This document shows positions 17,273-28,031 of a stretch of DNA of 55,316 bases, piece by piece; position 1 is the first letter of the stretch, and each line of letters begins with the position of its first letter. A program made the translations under genes and the position numbers. The stretch spans positions 1 to 55,316 of IMG/VR virus record IMGVR_UViG_3300046788_000307; one strand, given 5' to 3'. The DNA is from a virus. Its lineage: Duplodnaviria > Caudoviricetes. The notes below the pieces were generated by a model. That model was not told the DNA's origin. It was given only the letters and a program-made list of their open reading frames with translations, and searched no databases.

Positions 17273-18517
17273 ATGCCTAGCTTAGATGATGACGCTGTTG
17301 AAGGTGATAGCCATTCCGCACCCGCTGACGCGCCGGGTGCTGTGCCGGCAGACGATACTACGGCGCCAACTGTCAAGGATATCGGTAAGGATGTAATCGA
17401 CAGTACATCGGTTGCTGACGCGCCAGTGCAGCATTTCAAGCGCTCGACGGCACGTGTAGCAGCGGCGCGTAAAGCATTTGCTGAAAAGATTGCGGAATCC
17501 AAGCAGCAACTCGCAGCTACGGCAAAAGAAACGGCACCGGATCCCGAGGATGATTCGGAGCCGGCGGCGGTAGTGGCGGACGCCGTACCTGCGCCTGTTA
17601 TCCCGCAGGTTGTTACACCCGCTGCAGCTGCCCCGCCCGCTCCTTCGCTGGATCCTGAAGTGGCGCGTATGCGGCAGCAACTGGCGACAGATCGCGAGGA
17701 GCTCGCAAAAGAGCGTGAAAAGGATGCTGCGGCGCGTGCCGAATGGGAGAAAGCAAGGCTGCCCATCGAAGCATCGCTAGAAGATTATCTAGATCGCCCG
17801 GTAACATCGTATCGCGCTTGGCTTGAGTCCATGCGTGGCGAAAAACTGACTGATGATGATTTCAAAGCCGAGATGCATGATTTTGTGACACAGGCATCGG
17901 CTGATGTGCTCGGCGTGCCTTTGCCCGAGAGTATTCGCACGCGACTCGAGGCGCAGCAGGCCCGTAAGATTGTGCGTACCCATAAGGTGGTACAGGCCAA
18001 GAAAGAAGCACTAGCGGCACAGCGTGCAGAATCCGAGCGCGCGGCATCGGCTACCACGGCTGAGACCGAGCGTATTGAGCAAGAATGGACAAAGGCCACC
18101 GATGTCATCGGTAAGCTATTTGTAGGCGAGGCAGCGGATAAGCCCGCACCTGCGACAACCGCTTACCCATGGCTAGCGATCGAAGATGCACCCGGCAAGA
18201 TCGTGGTGGATGTGATCCGGGCGGCTGCTAAGAAAGATGGCACGCAACTTTCATGGCAAGAGGCTGCGAAGAAAGCTAATGATTACTTAGAGTCGCAGGG
18301 TAAAAGCTATTACGCCAAGCGTCAGCCGCTGCTCGGTGCTGCGCCCGCTGCCAAAGTCGCTGCGCCTGTTGCGAAGGCAGTAACGCCTGTTGCTAAGGCA
18401 GCAGCGCCGGTTGACGACGTACCCGCCCAAAATAAAAAATGGACGCGTGATAGGCATATGGAAACTACCCGAGCGGCATTTCGCCAGGCACTCAAGACGA
18501 ATTTGCCGACGGAGTAA
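17273..18517 (+). CDS. Capsid scaffolding protein (putative)
   Basis: AGGAG SD; acidic/Ala-Pro N-terminus and coiled coils; lies between portal and capsid. Confidence 0.65.
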   Translation: MPSLDDDAVEGDSHSAPADAPGAVPADDTTAPTVKDIGKDVIDSTSVADAPVQHFKRSTARVAAARKAFAEKIAESKQQLAATAKETAPDPEDDSEPAAVVADAVPAPVIPQVVTPAAAAPPAPSLDPEVARMRQQLATDREELAKEREKDAAARAEWEKARLPIEASLEDYLDRPVTSYRAWLESMRGEKLTDDDFKAEMHDFVTQASADVLGVPLPESIRTRLEAQQARKIVRTHKVVQAKKEALAAQRAESERAASATTAETERIEQEWTKATDVIGKLFVGEAADKPAPATTAYPWLAIEDAPGKIVVDVIRAAAKKDGTQLSWQEAAKKANDYLESQGKSYYAKRQPLLGAAPAAKVAAPVAKAVTPVAKAAAPVDDVPAQNKKWTRDRHMETTRAAFRQALKTNLPTE

Positions 18518-18544
18518 AGTGCTCACAATTTCCACTGATTTTAA

Positions 18545-18569
18545 ATACTCCACCTATTTGGTGGAGTAT
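18545..18569. terminator. Perfect 10-bp hairpin between convergent ORFs
   Basis: ATACTCCACC-TATTT-GGTGGAGTAT. Confidence 0.6.
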
Positions 18570-18587
18570 AGGATGGCGTCGCGACCA

Positions 18588-18947
<360 letters not shown>

Positions 18948-18953
18948 CCGCAT

Positions 18954-18983
18954 CTTATCGCATAAGTTAGCCACGATTGTCAA
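18954..18983 (-). promoter_or_regulatory. Promoter TTGACA-N15-TG-C-GATAAG
   Basis: Same architecture as 8485-8514. Confidence 0.6.
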
Positions 18984-19127
18984 TGCGTAAGACATGTGTT
19001 AGCTTAGTTACTGTAGCGACGCGAGTGTACCAGGTCGGTCTATCCAGGTTCGTAGATCAGCACTCAGACGCGGTTTTCTCACAACCACCTCTGAAACCGG
19101 CAACTGCAAGTTGCCCAAGGATCTACG

Positions 19128-20375
19128 ATGACGCAAGGTACTACGCTGACCACGGCCGATGCCGTGCTCAAGCAGCATTATGCCCCTGGACCTCTCCTTA
19201 ATCTCGCAGCACAGCAAAACCCGACTTTCGGGCTAATCACCAAAAAGAATAAGCGCACCACGCAATCCGGTGGTGGCCGCTCCTGGACGCAGCCGATTCG
19301 GATCTCGTATCCGGGCGGTGGATCGAGCGATTTCGGCACCGCGATCGCTGCGACCAATAACGCGTCGGGCTTTGGCGTGTTTACGGTCACCCGCAAGAGT
19401 CACTACCGGCTTGCGAAGATGCAGACCGAGCTTCTCGAGGCCACGGAATCGGGCGCCGAGGATGCGTTCGAGGACATGATCGACGAGCTCGATAAGGCGA
19501 TTGAAGCTGAGGCCAACTACCTCAACTTCCGTCTGTTCCGCACGTCGGGCGGATCGTTTGCGAAGGTGACCAATTCGAACCTCGCACTTACGGTTGCCAC
19601 GCTTGATGATCCGGCCGGCTGCTGGGCGGTTGTCAAGAATGACGTTGTGAATCTGTCCGCCACGGACGGTACCGGATCGCTCAAGAGCGGCTCGCTTACG
19701 GTTGCGAGTGTGCAGCGCTCGGCCGGTACGATTACGTTTACCGCGAATATCTCCACGGGTGTTAGCTCGGCTGCCACGAACGATTTCATGTTTATGGCTG
19801 GCGACTATGGTGCGGCACTTTCCGGTTTTGCAGACTGGATCCCGGATGCTGCGCCGGGTGCAACGGCGTTCTACGGACAGGATCGTAGCTCGGAGCCGGA
19901 AATGCTCGGTGGCTTGCGCGTCGATGCATCGGCGACTAGCCAACCGACGTCAGAGACGCTTATCGACATGATGGGTCAGGCTGAAACCTTCGGCGCGAAC
20001 CTCGATATCATGGTCATGCACCCGCTGGCTACTGCCGGCATGGCGAAGCAACTCGACGGCAAGTGGGTTATCGTCAAGGCGCAGGGCTACGATGGCGACG
20101 CGGACATCAGCTACAAGGGCTGGAATGTCTCGCTTGGCGGACAAGACGTCACGATCGTGACGGATCGCGTCTGCCCGCAGAAGCATGTTTATGGTCTGCA
20201 GACGGACACGATGACCATGTTCTCGGCGGGTACTGCGCCGATGTTTATCCAGAAGAAGTCCGGCTCGATTCTCAAGGTGTCGGAGAACTCCGATGCGATT
20301 GAGGCGCGCGTCGGTGAGTATATCAACCTCTCTTGCAAGGGTCCCGGCTGGAATGTCGTGGGCATTCTTCCCTAA
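19128..20375 (+). CDS. Major capsid protein
   Basis: 415 aa, AAGGA SD, strongly biased codon usage, position after scaffold. Confidence 0.8.
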   Translation: MTQGTTLTTADAVLKQHYAPGPLLNLAAQQNPTFGLITKKNKRTTQSGGGRSWTQPIRISYPGGGSSDFGTAIAATNNASGFGVFTVTRKSHYRLAKMQTELLEATESGAEDAFEDMIDELDKAIEAEANYLNFRLFRTSGGSFAKVTNSNLALTVATLDDPAGCWAVVKNDVVNLSATDGTGSLKSGSLTVASVQRSAGTITFTANISTGVSSAATNDFMFMAGDYGAALSGFADWIPDAAPGATAFYGQDRSSEPEMLGGLRVDASATSQPTSETLIDMMGQAETFGANLDIMVMHPLATAGMAKQLDGKWVIVKAQGYDGDADISYKGWNVSLGGQDVTIVTDRVCPQKHVYGLQTDTMTMFSAGTAPMFIQKKSGSILKVSENSDAIEARVGEYINLSCKGPGWNVVGILP

Positions 20376-20404
20376 TTAAAATAGAAAGATAAAGGAATAA
20401 ATCC

Positions 20405-21169
20405 ATGACTCGTCCACTACTTGATACTGCTGCTTTCCTGCCCTCTTCGACGTCGGGTAAGGCACAGATTATCTCTGATCCAGCTAACACGTGGGTCTCG
20501 AATGTCACGACCTACGTTAACCAAGTGCAATCCGATCTTGATGCTGCAAGCATCCCATCGACGACGGGATCGATCGAAACCAAGACCAGCGGCGCGGTGT
20601 CGCTGACGATTCCGCGCACGAACCTGTCGGTTACGGGCACCGTGGGGTTTACGCTTGCGGATGGCACCATCGTCGGCCAAACGAAGGTGTTCGAGTGCAC
20701 AGTAGCGGCATCGTCGCCTATCGGTACGCTGACGATTGCTACGCCGCTTTCGGGTGAGCCGGCTACCCACGTGTTCAACGCGCTCGATCAGGAGCTCGAG
20801 CTCATTTGGCAGACTGGCGGATGGCATATCACCCGGAAAAAGCGTGCAGGACTAAGCCCGATTATGGTGGTCGGAACCACGTCTTTTACTGGTCTGGATA
20901 TGAATGACACCTATAGATTGTCGATCACGGGCACGGTGGGTAGCACGCTACCTGACGCGACTGTGGGCGATGAGGGTGCTGTGATTACCCTTACCTGTAC
21001 GACCGCCGCAACGTGCCCCGCCGGTACGATCACGGGCACATATCTGACGACTGGTAACGCAGCCGCAACGGGTGCTGCTATCAACGCGACCACGGACACC
21101 GCGGTGTTTGTGGGTAGCGGTGGCGGCAAGTGGCGCGCGCTCGTCCTGACGTCAGTCACGCTGAGCTAA
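20405..21169 (+). CDS. Virion structural/decoration protein
   Basis: Thr-rich, beta-type, two similar halves; AAGGA SD. Confidence 0.6.
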   Translation: MTRPLLDTAAFLPSSTSGKAQIISDPANTWVSNVTTYVNQVQSDLDAASIPSTTGSIETKTSGAVSLTIPRTNLSVTGTVGFTLADGTIVGQTKVFECTVAASSPIGTLTIATPLSGEPATHVFNALDQELELIWQTGGWHITRKKRAGLSPIMVVGTTSFTGLDMNDTYRLSITGTVGSTLPDATVGDEGAVITLTCTTAATCPAGTITGTYLTTGNAAATGAAINATTDTAVFVGSGGGKWRALVLTSVTLS

Positions 21170-21180
21170 GGAATTAACCC

Positions 21181-21561
21181 ATGAATGGCAAAAATCTAGC
21201 TTTTTCAGCCTACAATGACGGCGTGACTGCACATGCCGCATGGGTGGGTGCTGGCGCAACGGATGCGACGCTTGCGACCAACGCACAGTTTCCGCTTGCA
21301 GCCAATAGAGGCAAAGGAGTGCTTGCGCGGACTTCGATCGGGTTGTTTACGGCAACTCTATCGGATATGCCTGCGCAGGTGCTTAGTGTTGCTGGTACGG
21401 TTGTGGGGACGGAAGGATTGCGAGTGACCGTTAAAACCGCATACAACCCGACGACGAAAGTTGTTGTGTTGAATGTGTGGGATCCGGGTGGCGCACTTGA
21501 TGACCCGGAGACTTCAGATACGGTTGTGCTGCTGATCCACGGACGCGATTCTACCGCTTAG
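21181..21561 (+). CDS. Putative virion protein
   Basis: SD; structural module. Confidence 0.6.
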   Translation: MNGKNLAFSAYNDGVTAHAAWVGAGATDATLATNAQFPLAANRGKGVLARTSIGLFTATLSDMPAQVLSVAGTVVGTEGLRVTVKTAYNPTTKVVVLNVWDPGGALDDPETSDTVVLLIHGRDSTA

Positions 21562-21609
21562 GAAAGAGTGCTTGCTTATCTCGCGGAGCTAAGCAAGAGC
21601 GCTTTCTTA
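21560..21609 (+). terminator. Imperfect hairpin after the capsid-associated genes
   Basis: AAAG..CTTGCTTA..GCG..TAAGCAAG..CTTT. Confidence 0.4.
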
Positions 21610-21625
21610 GGATTTGGGAGGCACT

Positions 21626-21964
21626 ATGGCGATCACGAGTCAACGCACAATTACCGTCAACCTCACAGGCGACGTGGGCATGCAGGTGTTGTACTCGAGC
21701 GCGACCAACACTGCCTCGGCTGGATCTGAACAAATTGTTAACCTGTCATCGGGTAATAACGCGATCACGATTCCGACGGGTGCCGAGGCTGTCACTATCC
21801 ACAAGCCGACGGGTAACACGGTGGCGCTCTTGCTAAAGGGCGTGAACGGGGACACTGGCGTGACGCTGCATTTGACCGATCCTGATTCGATTTCCATCGG
21901 CGGCGGTACGCTTGTGCTCAATGCAGCGAGCTCACTTACAGGTCTGATTTTGATTTGGTCTTAA
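21626..21964 (+). CDS. Putative virion protein
   Basis: GGAGG SD. Confidence 0.6.
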   Translation: MAITSQRTITVNLTGDVGMQVLYSSATNTASAGSEQIVNLSSGNNAITIPTGAEAVTIHKPTGNTVALLLKGVNGDTGVTLHLTDPDSISIGGGTLVLNAASSLTGLILIWS

Positions 21965-22648
21965 ATGGCGAAGATTAAGACACTCTTACAGCTTCGTACG
22001 TCGGTTGCTACCGAAGGGGCTTACGAAGGCTCCGACGATATCACTGCGACGGTGCTAAACGATTACATCAACAAAGCGCTTGTGCGCGGTCGTGAAATCA
22101 TTGTCAGCACGTGGGAAGACTATTTCACGGTCGCAGCCACGCCTTTTCAAGTCGTGGCGAATGTCGATTCATACACGCTGCCAGCGGATTTTGAACATCT
22201 GCGCAAAGTAGAACTGGCGCTTGATGCGGGGTTGACTCGCTGGCGGCGGCTATACCCAGTTGACTTGAGCGATACCACGCGGCACCAGAATAGTTTCGCG
22301 CGTCGCTATCGCTATCGGATGCAAGGCGGTCCTGCGCCATTCGTGCTCGTCCCAACCCCGGGTGCATCGCTGGATACCGTCCGCGTTTGGTATATTCCGT
22401 ATGCGCCCGAGCTCGCAAACGACACGGATAGCATTTCGCTCAATGTGGACGTGGAATACGAGCTTTATGTGGCGCTGACGTTGCGCCGCTGCAAGATTCG
22501 CGAGGATCTGGATACGTCGGCTGTGGATGCCACTATTGCCGATTGCACGGCCCGGCTACAAAAGATGGCGGATGCCCGCGATGCCGGCGAGCCGTTTTAC
22601 CTAAGCGATCACACGGATGACGGCAACGGGCGAGGATGGTGGGACTAA
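21965..22648 (+). CDS. Head-tail adaptor/tail tubular protein A-like
   Basis: LNDYINKAL, YTLPADF, VRVWY.P pattern and position. Confidence 0.6.
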   Translation: MAKIKTLLQLRTSVATEGAYEGSDDITATVLNDYINKALVRGREIIVSTWEDYFTVAATPFQVVANVDSYTLPADFEHLRKVELALDAGLTRWRRLYPVDLSDTTRHQNSFARRYRYRMQGGPAPFVLVPTPGASLDTVRVWYIPYAPELANDTDSISLNVDVEYELYVALTLRRCKIREDLDTSAVDATIADCTARLQKMADARDAGEPFYLSDHTDDGNGRGWWD

Positions 22649-23091
22649 TGTCGCTCCGCGATAACTGGGTTGATGCTCTTGCATCGATGTCGATCAAGCA
22701 TATTGATCCGACCGTCAACATCGAATGGACAATGCTCGGTGGTGCGAACGATCCTCGCTTACAGATCAAAGTCATCGGCGTGCGCGATTCGGACGATCAA
22801 ACCAAGCGACGGGATATCCATGTACACACGATGAATTTTTGCGTTTGGCCGGGGATGGTTGTAGCGCGAGCATTTCTGGCTTGTGCATGGGCATCCTATT
22901 TCCAACATGAGGCACTCGAGCTTTGTTCGGTGGATGGCGTGCGCATTTGGGATCCGCATCGTCCGCCCTATATCTGGGATCAAGGCTTTCGCGGTGCGAT
23001 GCCTGTGGATGTTACATCTGAAACCATCGCGCAAACGCTAGGCATCGTGATGGGAGGCGAGGCTGCCCGACGTTTAATGGGGATGCCGTAA
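22648..23091 (+). CDS. Hypothetical protein
   Basis: TAATG-coupled on both sides. Confidence 0.6.
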   Translation: MSLRDNWVDALASMSIKHIDPTVNIEWTMLGGANDPRLQIKVIGVRDSDDQTKRRDIHVHTMNFCVWPGMVVARAFLACAWASYFQHEALELCSVDGVRIWDPHRPPYIWDQGFRGAMPVDVTSETIAQTLGIVMGGEAARRLMGMP

Positions 23092-24719
23092 TGGCTGCAC
23101 AGCCGCCCAAACGTCCTCCGACGCGCTCAAAATTACAAATAGGGACGCAGATTGATGCCAATCCTACTAAAGTTAGTCGGCATCTGTCCGATTTGGCGGC
23201 TGCTGTCAATCGTTTAGAGTCTTTGCCAGCTGCAGCATCCCCTGTTGATTTTACGGCCACTAAAGCGGGATTGGCGCCTGCATCGGGGGGTGGCACAGCG
23301 AACTATCTACGTGCCGATGGTACGTGGGCAACACCTGCAGGATCAGGCGACGTTAGCCACACGCGATTGATCAGCACTACAGCCCCGTTGGCCGGTGGCG
23401 GCGATTTATCCGCAGACCGCACGCTATCGGTTGGCACATTTGACTCCACGCATTCAGGTGTCGTCGGATCGTCTGGCGGTGGCACTACGAATTATTTACG
23501 TGCCGATGGTACGTGGGCATCTCCCCCGGGTATAGGCGATGTCGTCCACACGCGGTTGATTAGCACTGCCGCTCCGCTAGCCGGTGGCGGCGATCTATCA
23601 GCAGATCGCACGCATTCAATTACTACAAACGGCATCGATGACACACTAATTCGGCAAGGTGTAGCGACCAGCGTCATTGGCCGCGCGGCCAACAGCACAG
23701 GCAACGTGGCGGACATTCAGGCCACCGCCGACGGGCAGTGTGTGTTGCGTTCTGCAAGCGCACTTGTCTGGGCGGTTCCCACATTTGCGATGCTAGGCGA
23801 CGGGGTTGACGGGGCGCTGCATTTCGACGGATCGACTACATTAACATTACATGACAGTACAACTCTAATACCTTCGAGCAGTATCTACACGCTTGCGCGC
23901 GATATTTTTGCGCTATCGATAACAATAGACAGCGGTGTGGTTTTGAAACCGAATGGTTTTCGAGTTTTTTGCCGAGGGACATGTACGGTTACGGGAAAAA
24001 TCACCGCCAATGGCGGCAACGCATCTGCCGGTACTATCGGATCGGCTGGTGGTATCGCAGGATATTTCAACGCCTCACTGGCTGCAGGGGCAGGAAATAC
24101 AGGTAATAACGGTACGTCTGGATCTATTATATCAGCTGGTGCCCCTCAGCCTTACGGATCGACAAGCACTGTGGCCGCAGCAGCAGGGGCTAACGCAACG
24201 AATATTTGTTGCGGCGGCGGCGGCGGTGGTGGAGACAGCTTACGTACGGGCGGTGCAGGTGGGAATATCGGTCCTACAGCAGCAAATCGGGGAGGGGCAG
24301 ATTTCTTTGCGCTATTAACGGGTGGGGCGCAATCGACTGTACAAGCAACCCAAACGTTTGTGCCAGCTGCTGGCGGTGGTGGCGGGGCGGGGGGCGGTAC
24401 AACGGGTGTAGGAGGCGGGGGTGGGGGCGGGGGTGGGTATGTGGCTGTGTTGTGTCGTGTGCTATCTGGATCCGGCTCGATCGAGGCGTCGGGCGGTAAC
24501 GGCGGCAACGGGACACTAGGCAATGGCATAGGATCAGGGGGTGGCGGAGGCGGTGGCGGTGGCATTATAATTCTTGGGTATTTGACCAACAATAGTACGG
24601 TAGCAAAGGTTGTAACCGGCGGCACGCACGGGACCAAAACCGGGACACAGGGTGTTGATGGCGGTGATGGTCATGCAGGATTCGTTGTTGCTTACAATAT
24701 GAGTGGGGATGGGACATGA
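23091..24719 (+). CDS. Glycine-rich tail fibre/spike protein
   Basis: Duplicated NYLRADGTW...APLAGGGDLSADRT module; poly-Gly C-terminal domain. Confidence 0.7.
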   Translation: MAAQPPKRPPTRSKLQIGTQIDANPTKVSRHLSDLAAAVNRLESLPAAASPVDFTATKAGLAPASGGGTANYLRADGTWATPAGSGDVSHTRLISTTAPLAGGGDLSADRTLSVGTFDSTHSGVVGSSGGGTTNYLRADGTWASPPGIGDVVHTRLISTAAPLAGGGDLSADRTHSITTNGIDDTLIRQGVATSVIGRAANSTGNVADIQATADGQCVLRSASALVWAVPTFAMLGDGVDGALHFDGSTTLTLHDSTTLIPSSSIYTLARDIFALSITIDSGVVLKPNGFRVFCRGTCTVTGKITANGGNASAGTIGSAGGIAGYFNASLAAGAGNTGNNGTSGSIISAGAPQPYGSTSTVAAAAGANATNICCGGGGGGGDSLRTGGAGGNIGPTAANRGGADFFALLTGGAQSTVQATQTFVPAAGGGGGAGGGTTGVGGGGGGGGGYVAVLCRVLSGSGSIEASGGNGGNGTLGNGIGSGGGGGGGGGIIILGYLTNNSTVAKVVTGGTHGTKTGTQGVDGGDGHAGFVVAYNMSGDGT

Positions 24720-24753
24720 GCAATCATCCTAAGTGCCCATTGGAGTTCTACTG

Positions 24754-26004
24754 ATGGCGCTTCCGCGTATTCTGCTAGACCCGGCGATGCTGACACCTAG
24801 TTCAGCAACTGGCCGTGCACTTTCGATAGCTGAATCAATTAGTGCCGTCATCGATGCATGCAATAAACATTCGGCGTCCCTGGATATATCGGATCTAAAC
24901 GATCTATTGCCGGGTCTGATAGGTCCGGTCGGGCCTGCAGGTCCCCAAGGCGTCCAAGGGCTTATCGGGGACACTGGCGCACAAGGTGCTACTGGTGCAA
25001 CCGGGCCACAGGGTGTCATCGGCCTAACCGGAGCTGCTGGCGCAACCGGGCCACAGGGTGTCATCGGCGCAACCGGGCCGCAGGGTGCAACCGGCGCAGC
25101 CGGGCCGCAGGGTGTCATCGGCCTAACCGGAGCTGCCGGCGCAACCGGGGCGCAGGGCGTCATTGGTCTGACTGGCGCCACGGGTGCTACCGGGGCGCAA
25201 GGCGCCACCGGCAATACCGGGGCACAAGGCGCCACCGGACCCGCACCAGCAGGTACCGGATTCGTGCACGTCACGAATGGCTCGTTAGACACCCCGGCCG
25301 AACTCACTGGTGATGTTACCGGCGGTGCGAGCGGCGTAACTGCTATCGGTGCGGGGACGGTCACATTAGCAAAAATGGCTAACCTGGCTACAGCTAATAT
25401 CATCGGGCGCGCAACCGCAGGCACCGGGGTGCCTGAGTCGCTTACGGGGGCTCAGGTTACTGCAATGCTCAATAACCGAACTGAGACCCTGCCAGGACGT
25501 ATGCCGGCAAATATGGGTGTGCGGGCATCGCTCGCCACCAACAAGTCTATCGCCAACACGCTTACGCAGGTCGTGGGCTTCACGGCAGCATCGGGAACGC
25601 TTGCGGTAGGCACTGCCGTCCGTTTTCGTGCGATGGGGCTGCTCACTAACACTACGGGCGCATCGACATCTGTACTCACGCTGCGCATCAATGCAGGTTC
25701 GTTAGGCTCAACTATTGAGGCGTCGTGGTCGTGTGTGCTTGGCACTACAGCTCGAACCAACTGCCCTTTTATCGTCGAGGGCGAGCTCGTAATTATTTCG
25801 ACTGGTGCGGGTGGCACAGCATGGGGATGCCTTACTGTTACCTGTAACACAGCTACTGCGCTGGCACTTCCTACCAGCATGGTAACCTCGGCTGTGACCT
25901 GTATTACGACCCAGAGTAACGTGGTGGAGCTGACGTGTATTTCGGGCGCTAGCACTACGACCTGGAATTTCATTAGTGCCTACGCGGAAGTGGTGCAACC
26001 ATGA
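24754..26004 (+). CDS. Collagen-like tail fibre protein
   Basis: Long G-X-Y run (~24920-25245); GGAG SD. Confidence 0.75.
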   Translation: MALPRILLDPAMLTPSSATGRALSIAESISAVIDACNKHSASLDISDLNDLLPGLIGPVGPAGPQGVQGLIGDTGAQGATGATGPQGVIGLTGAAGATGPQGVIGATGPQGATGAAGPQGVIGLTGAAGATGAQGVIGLTGATGATGAQGATGNTGAQGATGPAPAGTGFVHVTNGSLDTPAELTGDVTGGASGVTAIGAGTVTLAKMANLATANIIGRATAGTGVPESLTGAQVTAMLNNRTETLPGRMPANMGVRASLATNKSIANTLTQVVGFTAASGTLAVGTAVRFRAMGLLTNTTGASTSVLTLRINAGSLGSTIEASWSCVLGTTARTNCPFIVEGELVIISTGAGGTAWGCLTVTCNTATALALPTSMVTSAVTCITTQSNVVELTCISGASTTTWNFISAYAEVVQP

Positions 26005-27134
26005 CAACCCCCAACATGGGAATGACTGAACCGACTGACCATGCCAGCACGGATGTGTGGGGCCTTGCGCTTAACGCGGCGCTTGATGTCATTGATGCGC
26101 ATGACCATACGACGGGCAAGGGCGTGCTCGTCCCCTCGGCTGCGCTCAAGATTAACGCAAATGTTTCGTGGTCTTTTGGGGGCACCAACTACGCGATCAC
26201 GGACGCACAAGCGATCGACTTTACTCCTGTAGCTGCGGCGAGTATTGCTAGTCTATCTAGTGCATTGTTTGCTAACGCAAGCGATAGCAATAACCTCTAC
26301 TACCGTAATTCGGCTGGTACGAATGTGCAGGTTACTAGCGGCAACACGCTGAACATCTCGATCGTCGGCGGTATCGGCGGGGATTATGCCAGCGTCGGAG
26401 CATTGTTCTCCTTCGATGACTCGACCAAGCGTTATCTTGCTCAATCGGAAGGGTCCCCGCGCCCATGGTCGGGCTTGGCTACGGCTGATATTGACCTGTA
26501 TGAGAAGGCTGTCTCGATTACCAACAAAGTGACGCTTAAAAGCCCCGCTGCGCTAGCGGGTAGCTATACGCTGACGTTTCCTGCTGCTAATCCCGGATCT
26601 ACGCAGCTTTGGCAGGTATCTAGCGCGGGTGTGTTTACCGCGAGTAACACCGTTGCTAACCAGGTGACACTCGGCGTGGACTACAACTTCACAGGCTTTA
26701 CCCGCACGGTAGCGGTGCCGCTCGGAACCGCAACTCGCTTAACTAACTGCGGATTCACGGCGATCTCGGGCACGAGCACTGGCCTTGACGGTGCAGCCGC
26801 TTGGCTAGGATCCTCAGGAGCGTGGGAGTTCACTTCACAGGCACTCAATGGTTTGGGACTGCACGTGGGTGATCGTATCAAGAGCATCCGCATTGTGCAC
26901 AAGACGATTGCGGGGACCCACGGTTATGATCTCTACAAAATTGTAGCGGCGGGGGGCGGATCGGGGGCCGTTACCGACGTGTCCAACGCGAGCGGTTCTT
27001 CCAGCAACGATCACACTGCTACGGTAGGCTCGCCAGTTGCGATTGCCGCAGGCGAGCAATGGTTTCTCGATCTGTCAGGTACGACTACAGGGGATCTTAT
27101 CTCACATGTGGAGATCACCTATGACCATCCTTAA
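26001..27134 (+). CDS. Tail-associated structural protein
   Basis: TTPNMGM...WG..LN..LD.IDAHDH N-terminus resembling tail-fibre attachment segments. Confidence 0.6.
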   Translation: MTTPNMGMTEPTDHASTDVWGLALNAALDVIDAHDHTTGKGVLVPSAALKINANVSWSFGGTNYAITDAQAIDFTPVAAASIASLSSALFANASDSNNLYYRNSAGTNVQVTSGNTLNISIVGGIGGDYASVGALFSFDDSTKRYLAQSEGSPRPWSGLATADIDLYEKAVSITNKVTLKSPAALAGSYTLTFPAANPGSTQLWQVSSAGVFTASNTVANQVTLGVDYNFTGFTRTVAVPLGTATRLTNCGFTAISGTSTGLDGAAAWLGSSGAWEFTSQALNGLGLHVGDRIKSIRIVHKTIAGTHGYDLYKIVAAGGGSGAVTDVSNASGSSSNDHTATVGSPVAIAAGEQWFLDLSGTTTGDLISHVEITYDHP

Positions 27135-27135
27135 C

Positions 27136-27468
27136 TCATTTCCGCTCGTACCGGTTGGCAAAATTCATCCAGACGATAGTGCCCTCGCTGCCGCCGGAAA
27201 AGTACTGCCAGCCGTGACGCCACTCCGCGGGCAAAGCCGCCGACATAGCCGCATGCAGCACGGTCGCAACCGGGAAGTAGATGCTAGGCGAGACACGTTG
27301 CCCGCACCTGCCCATGATGGGGTTGGTCTCGTCGCAATTTCGGGTGATCCACGACGTTTGATACCAATCGACACTTTGCTCCGTGGCGAATGCGAGCTCG
27401 CGTACCGTGTCTGCCCGCTGCCACCCCTCGCATGCGCCGAGGAATACCAGCAGGATGATTCTAGCCAT
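27136..27468 (-). CDS. Antisense moron-like lipoprotein/membrane protein
   Basis: MARIILLVFLGAC lipobox; ETNPIMG motif; fills the gap between structural genes. Confidence 0.55.
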   Translation of the reverse strand: MARIILLVFLGACEGWQRADTVRELAFATEQSVDWYQTSWITRNCDETNPIMGRCGQRVSPSIYFPVATVLHAAMSAALPAEWRHGWQYFSGGSEGTIVWMNFANRYERK

Positions 27469-27531
27469 GCAGCCATCATAGAGATCTTTGCTTCTGACAT
27501 CAAGCACTAAGAACATAAGGAAATCACATAT

Positions 27532-27801
27532 ATGCTAAAGTCTGTCGCCAATAGTCTTAAAGTCGCTTCACCCGATATCACGCCATCTGCTGATCCTGCG
27601 CCTGGTGGGGCAGCAGACCATGCGCGCATGTTGCACGATCGCGCGAAGGCACAAGCGGCGCCTATCCATAATCGTGTCAATGGCATGATGTCTAAGGTCA
27701 TGGATACTGCAATGGATAATGATGAGGATGAAAAGACTAAAAAGGCTAAGGCAATGTCTAAGAGCATGAGCAATGCCATGGACAATGATGAGGACGATTA
27801 A
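27532..27801 (+). CDS. Hypothetical protein
   Basis: AAGGA SD; internal AMDNDED repeat. Confidence 0.6.
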   Translation: MLKSVANSLKVASPDITPSADPAPGGAADHARMLHDRAKAQAAPIHNRVNGMMSKVMDTAMDNDEDEKTKKAKAMSKSMSNAMDNDEDD

Positions 27802-28031
27802 TGCCGCTTATCAAATCCAAGTCCGATAAAGCCGTCGGGCGCAATATCAAAACGGAAATGAAGTCCGGCCGTCCGCGCAAGCAAGCCATTGCGATTGCGC
27901 TATCGACGCAGCGGTCAGCAGGCGGTGATTCGCCCGCACCGGGCGAAGCCGGAAACCATGCGCGCACGCTGCACGCTAAGGGCAAGGCAATGGCGGCACC
28001 GATCCATCAGAGGGCGAAAACCGGATACTAA
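27801..28031 (+). CDS. Small basic protein (MPLxK..NI..E...G...KQAIAIALS family)
   Basis: Common phage motif; coupled on both sides. Confidence 0.7.
   Translation: MPLIKSKSDKAVGRNIKTEMKSGRPRKQAIAIALSTQRSAGGDSPAPGEAGNHARTLHAKGKAMAAPIHQRAKTGY

Noticed and set aside
24920-25245. 9/18-bp periodic repeat as part of the ASx family
   Set aside because: It is an ordinary collagen G-X-Y tract in a tail fibre.
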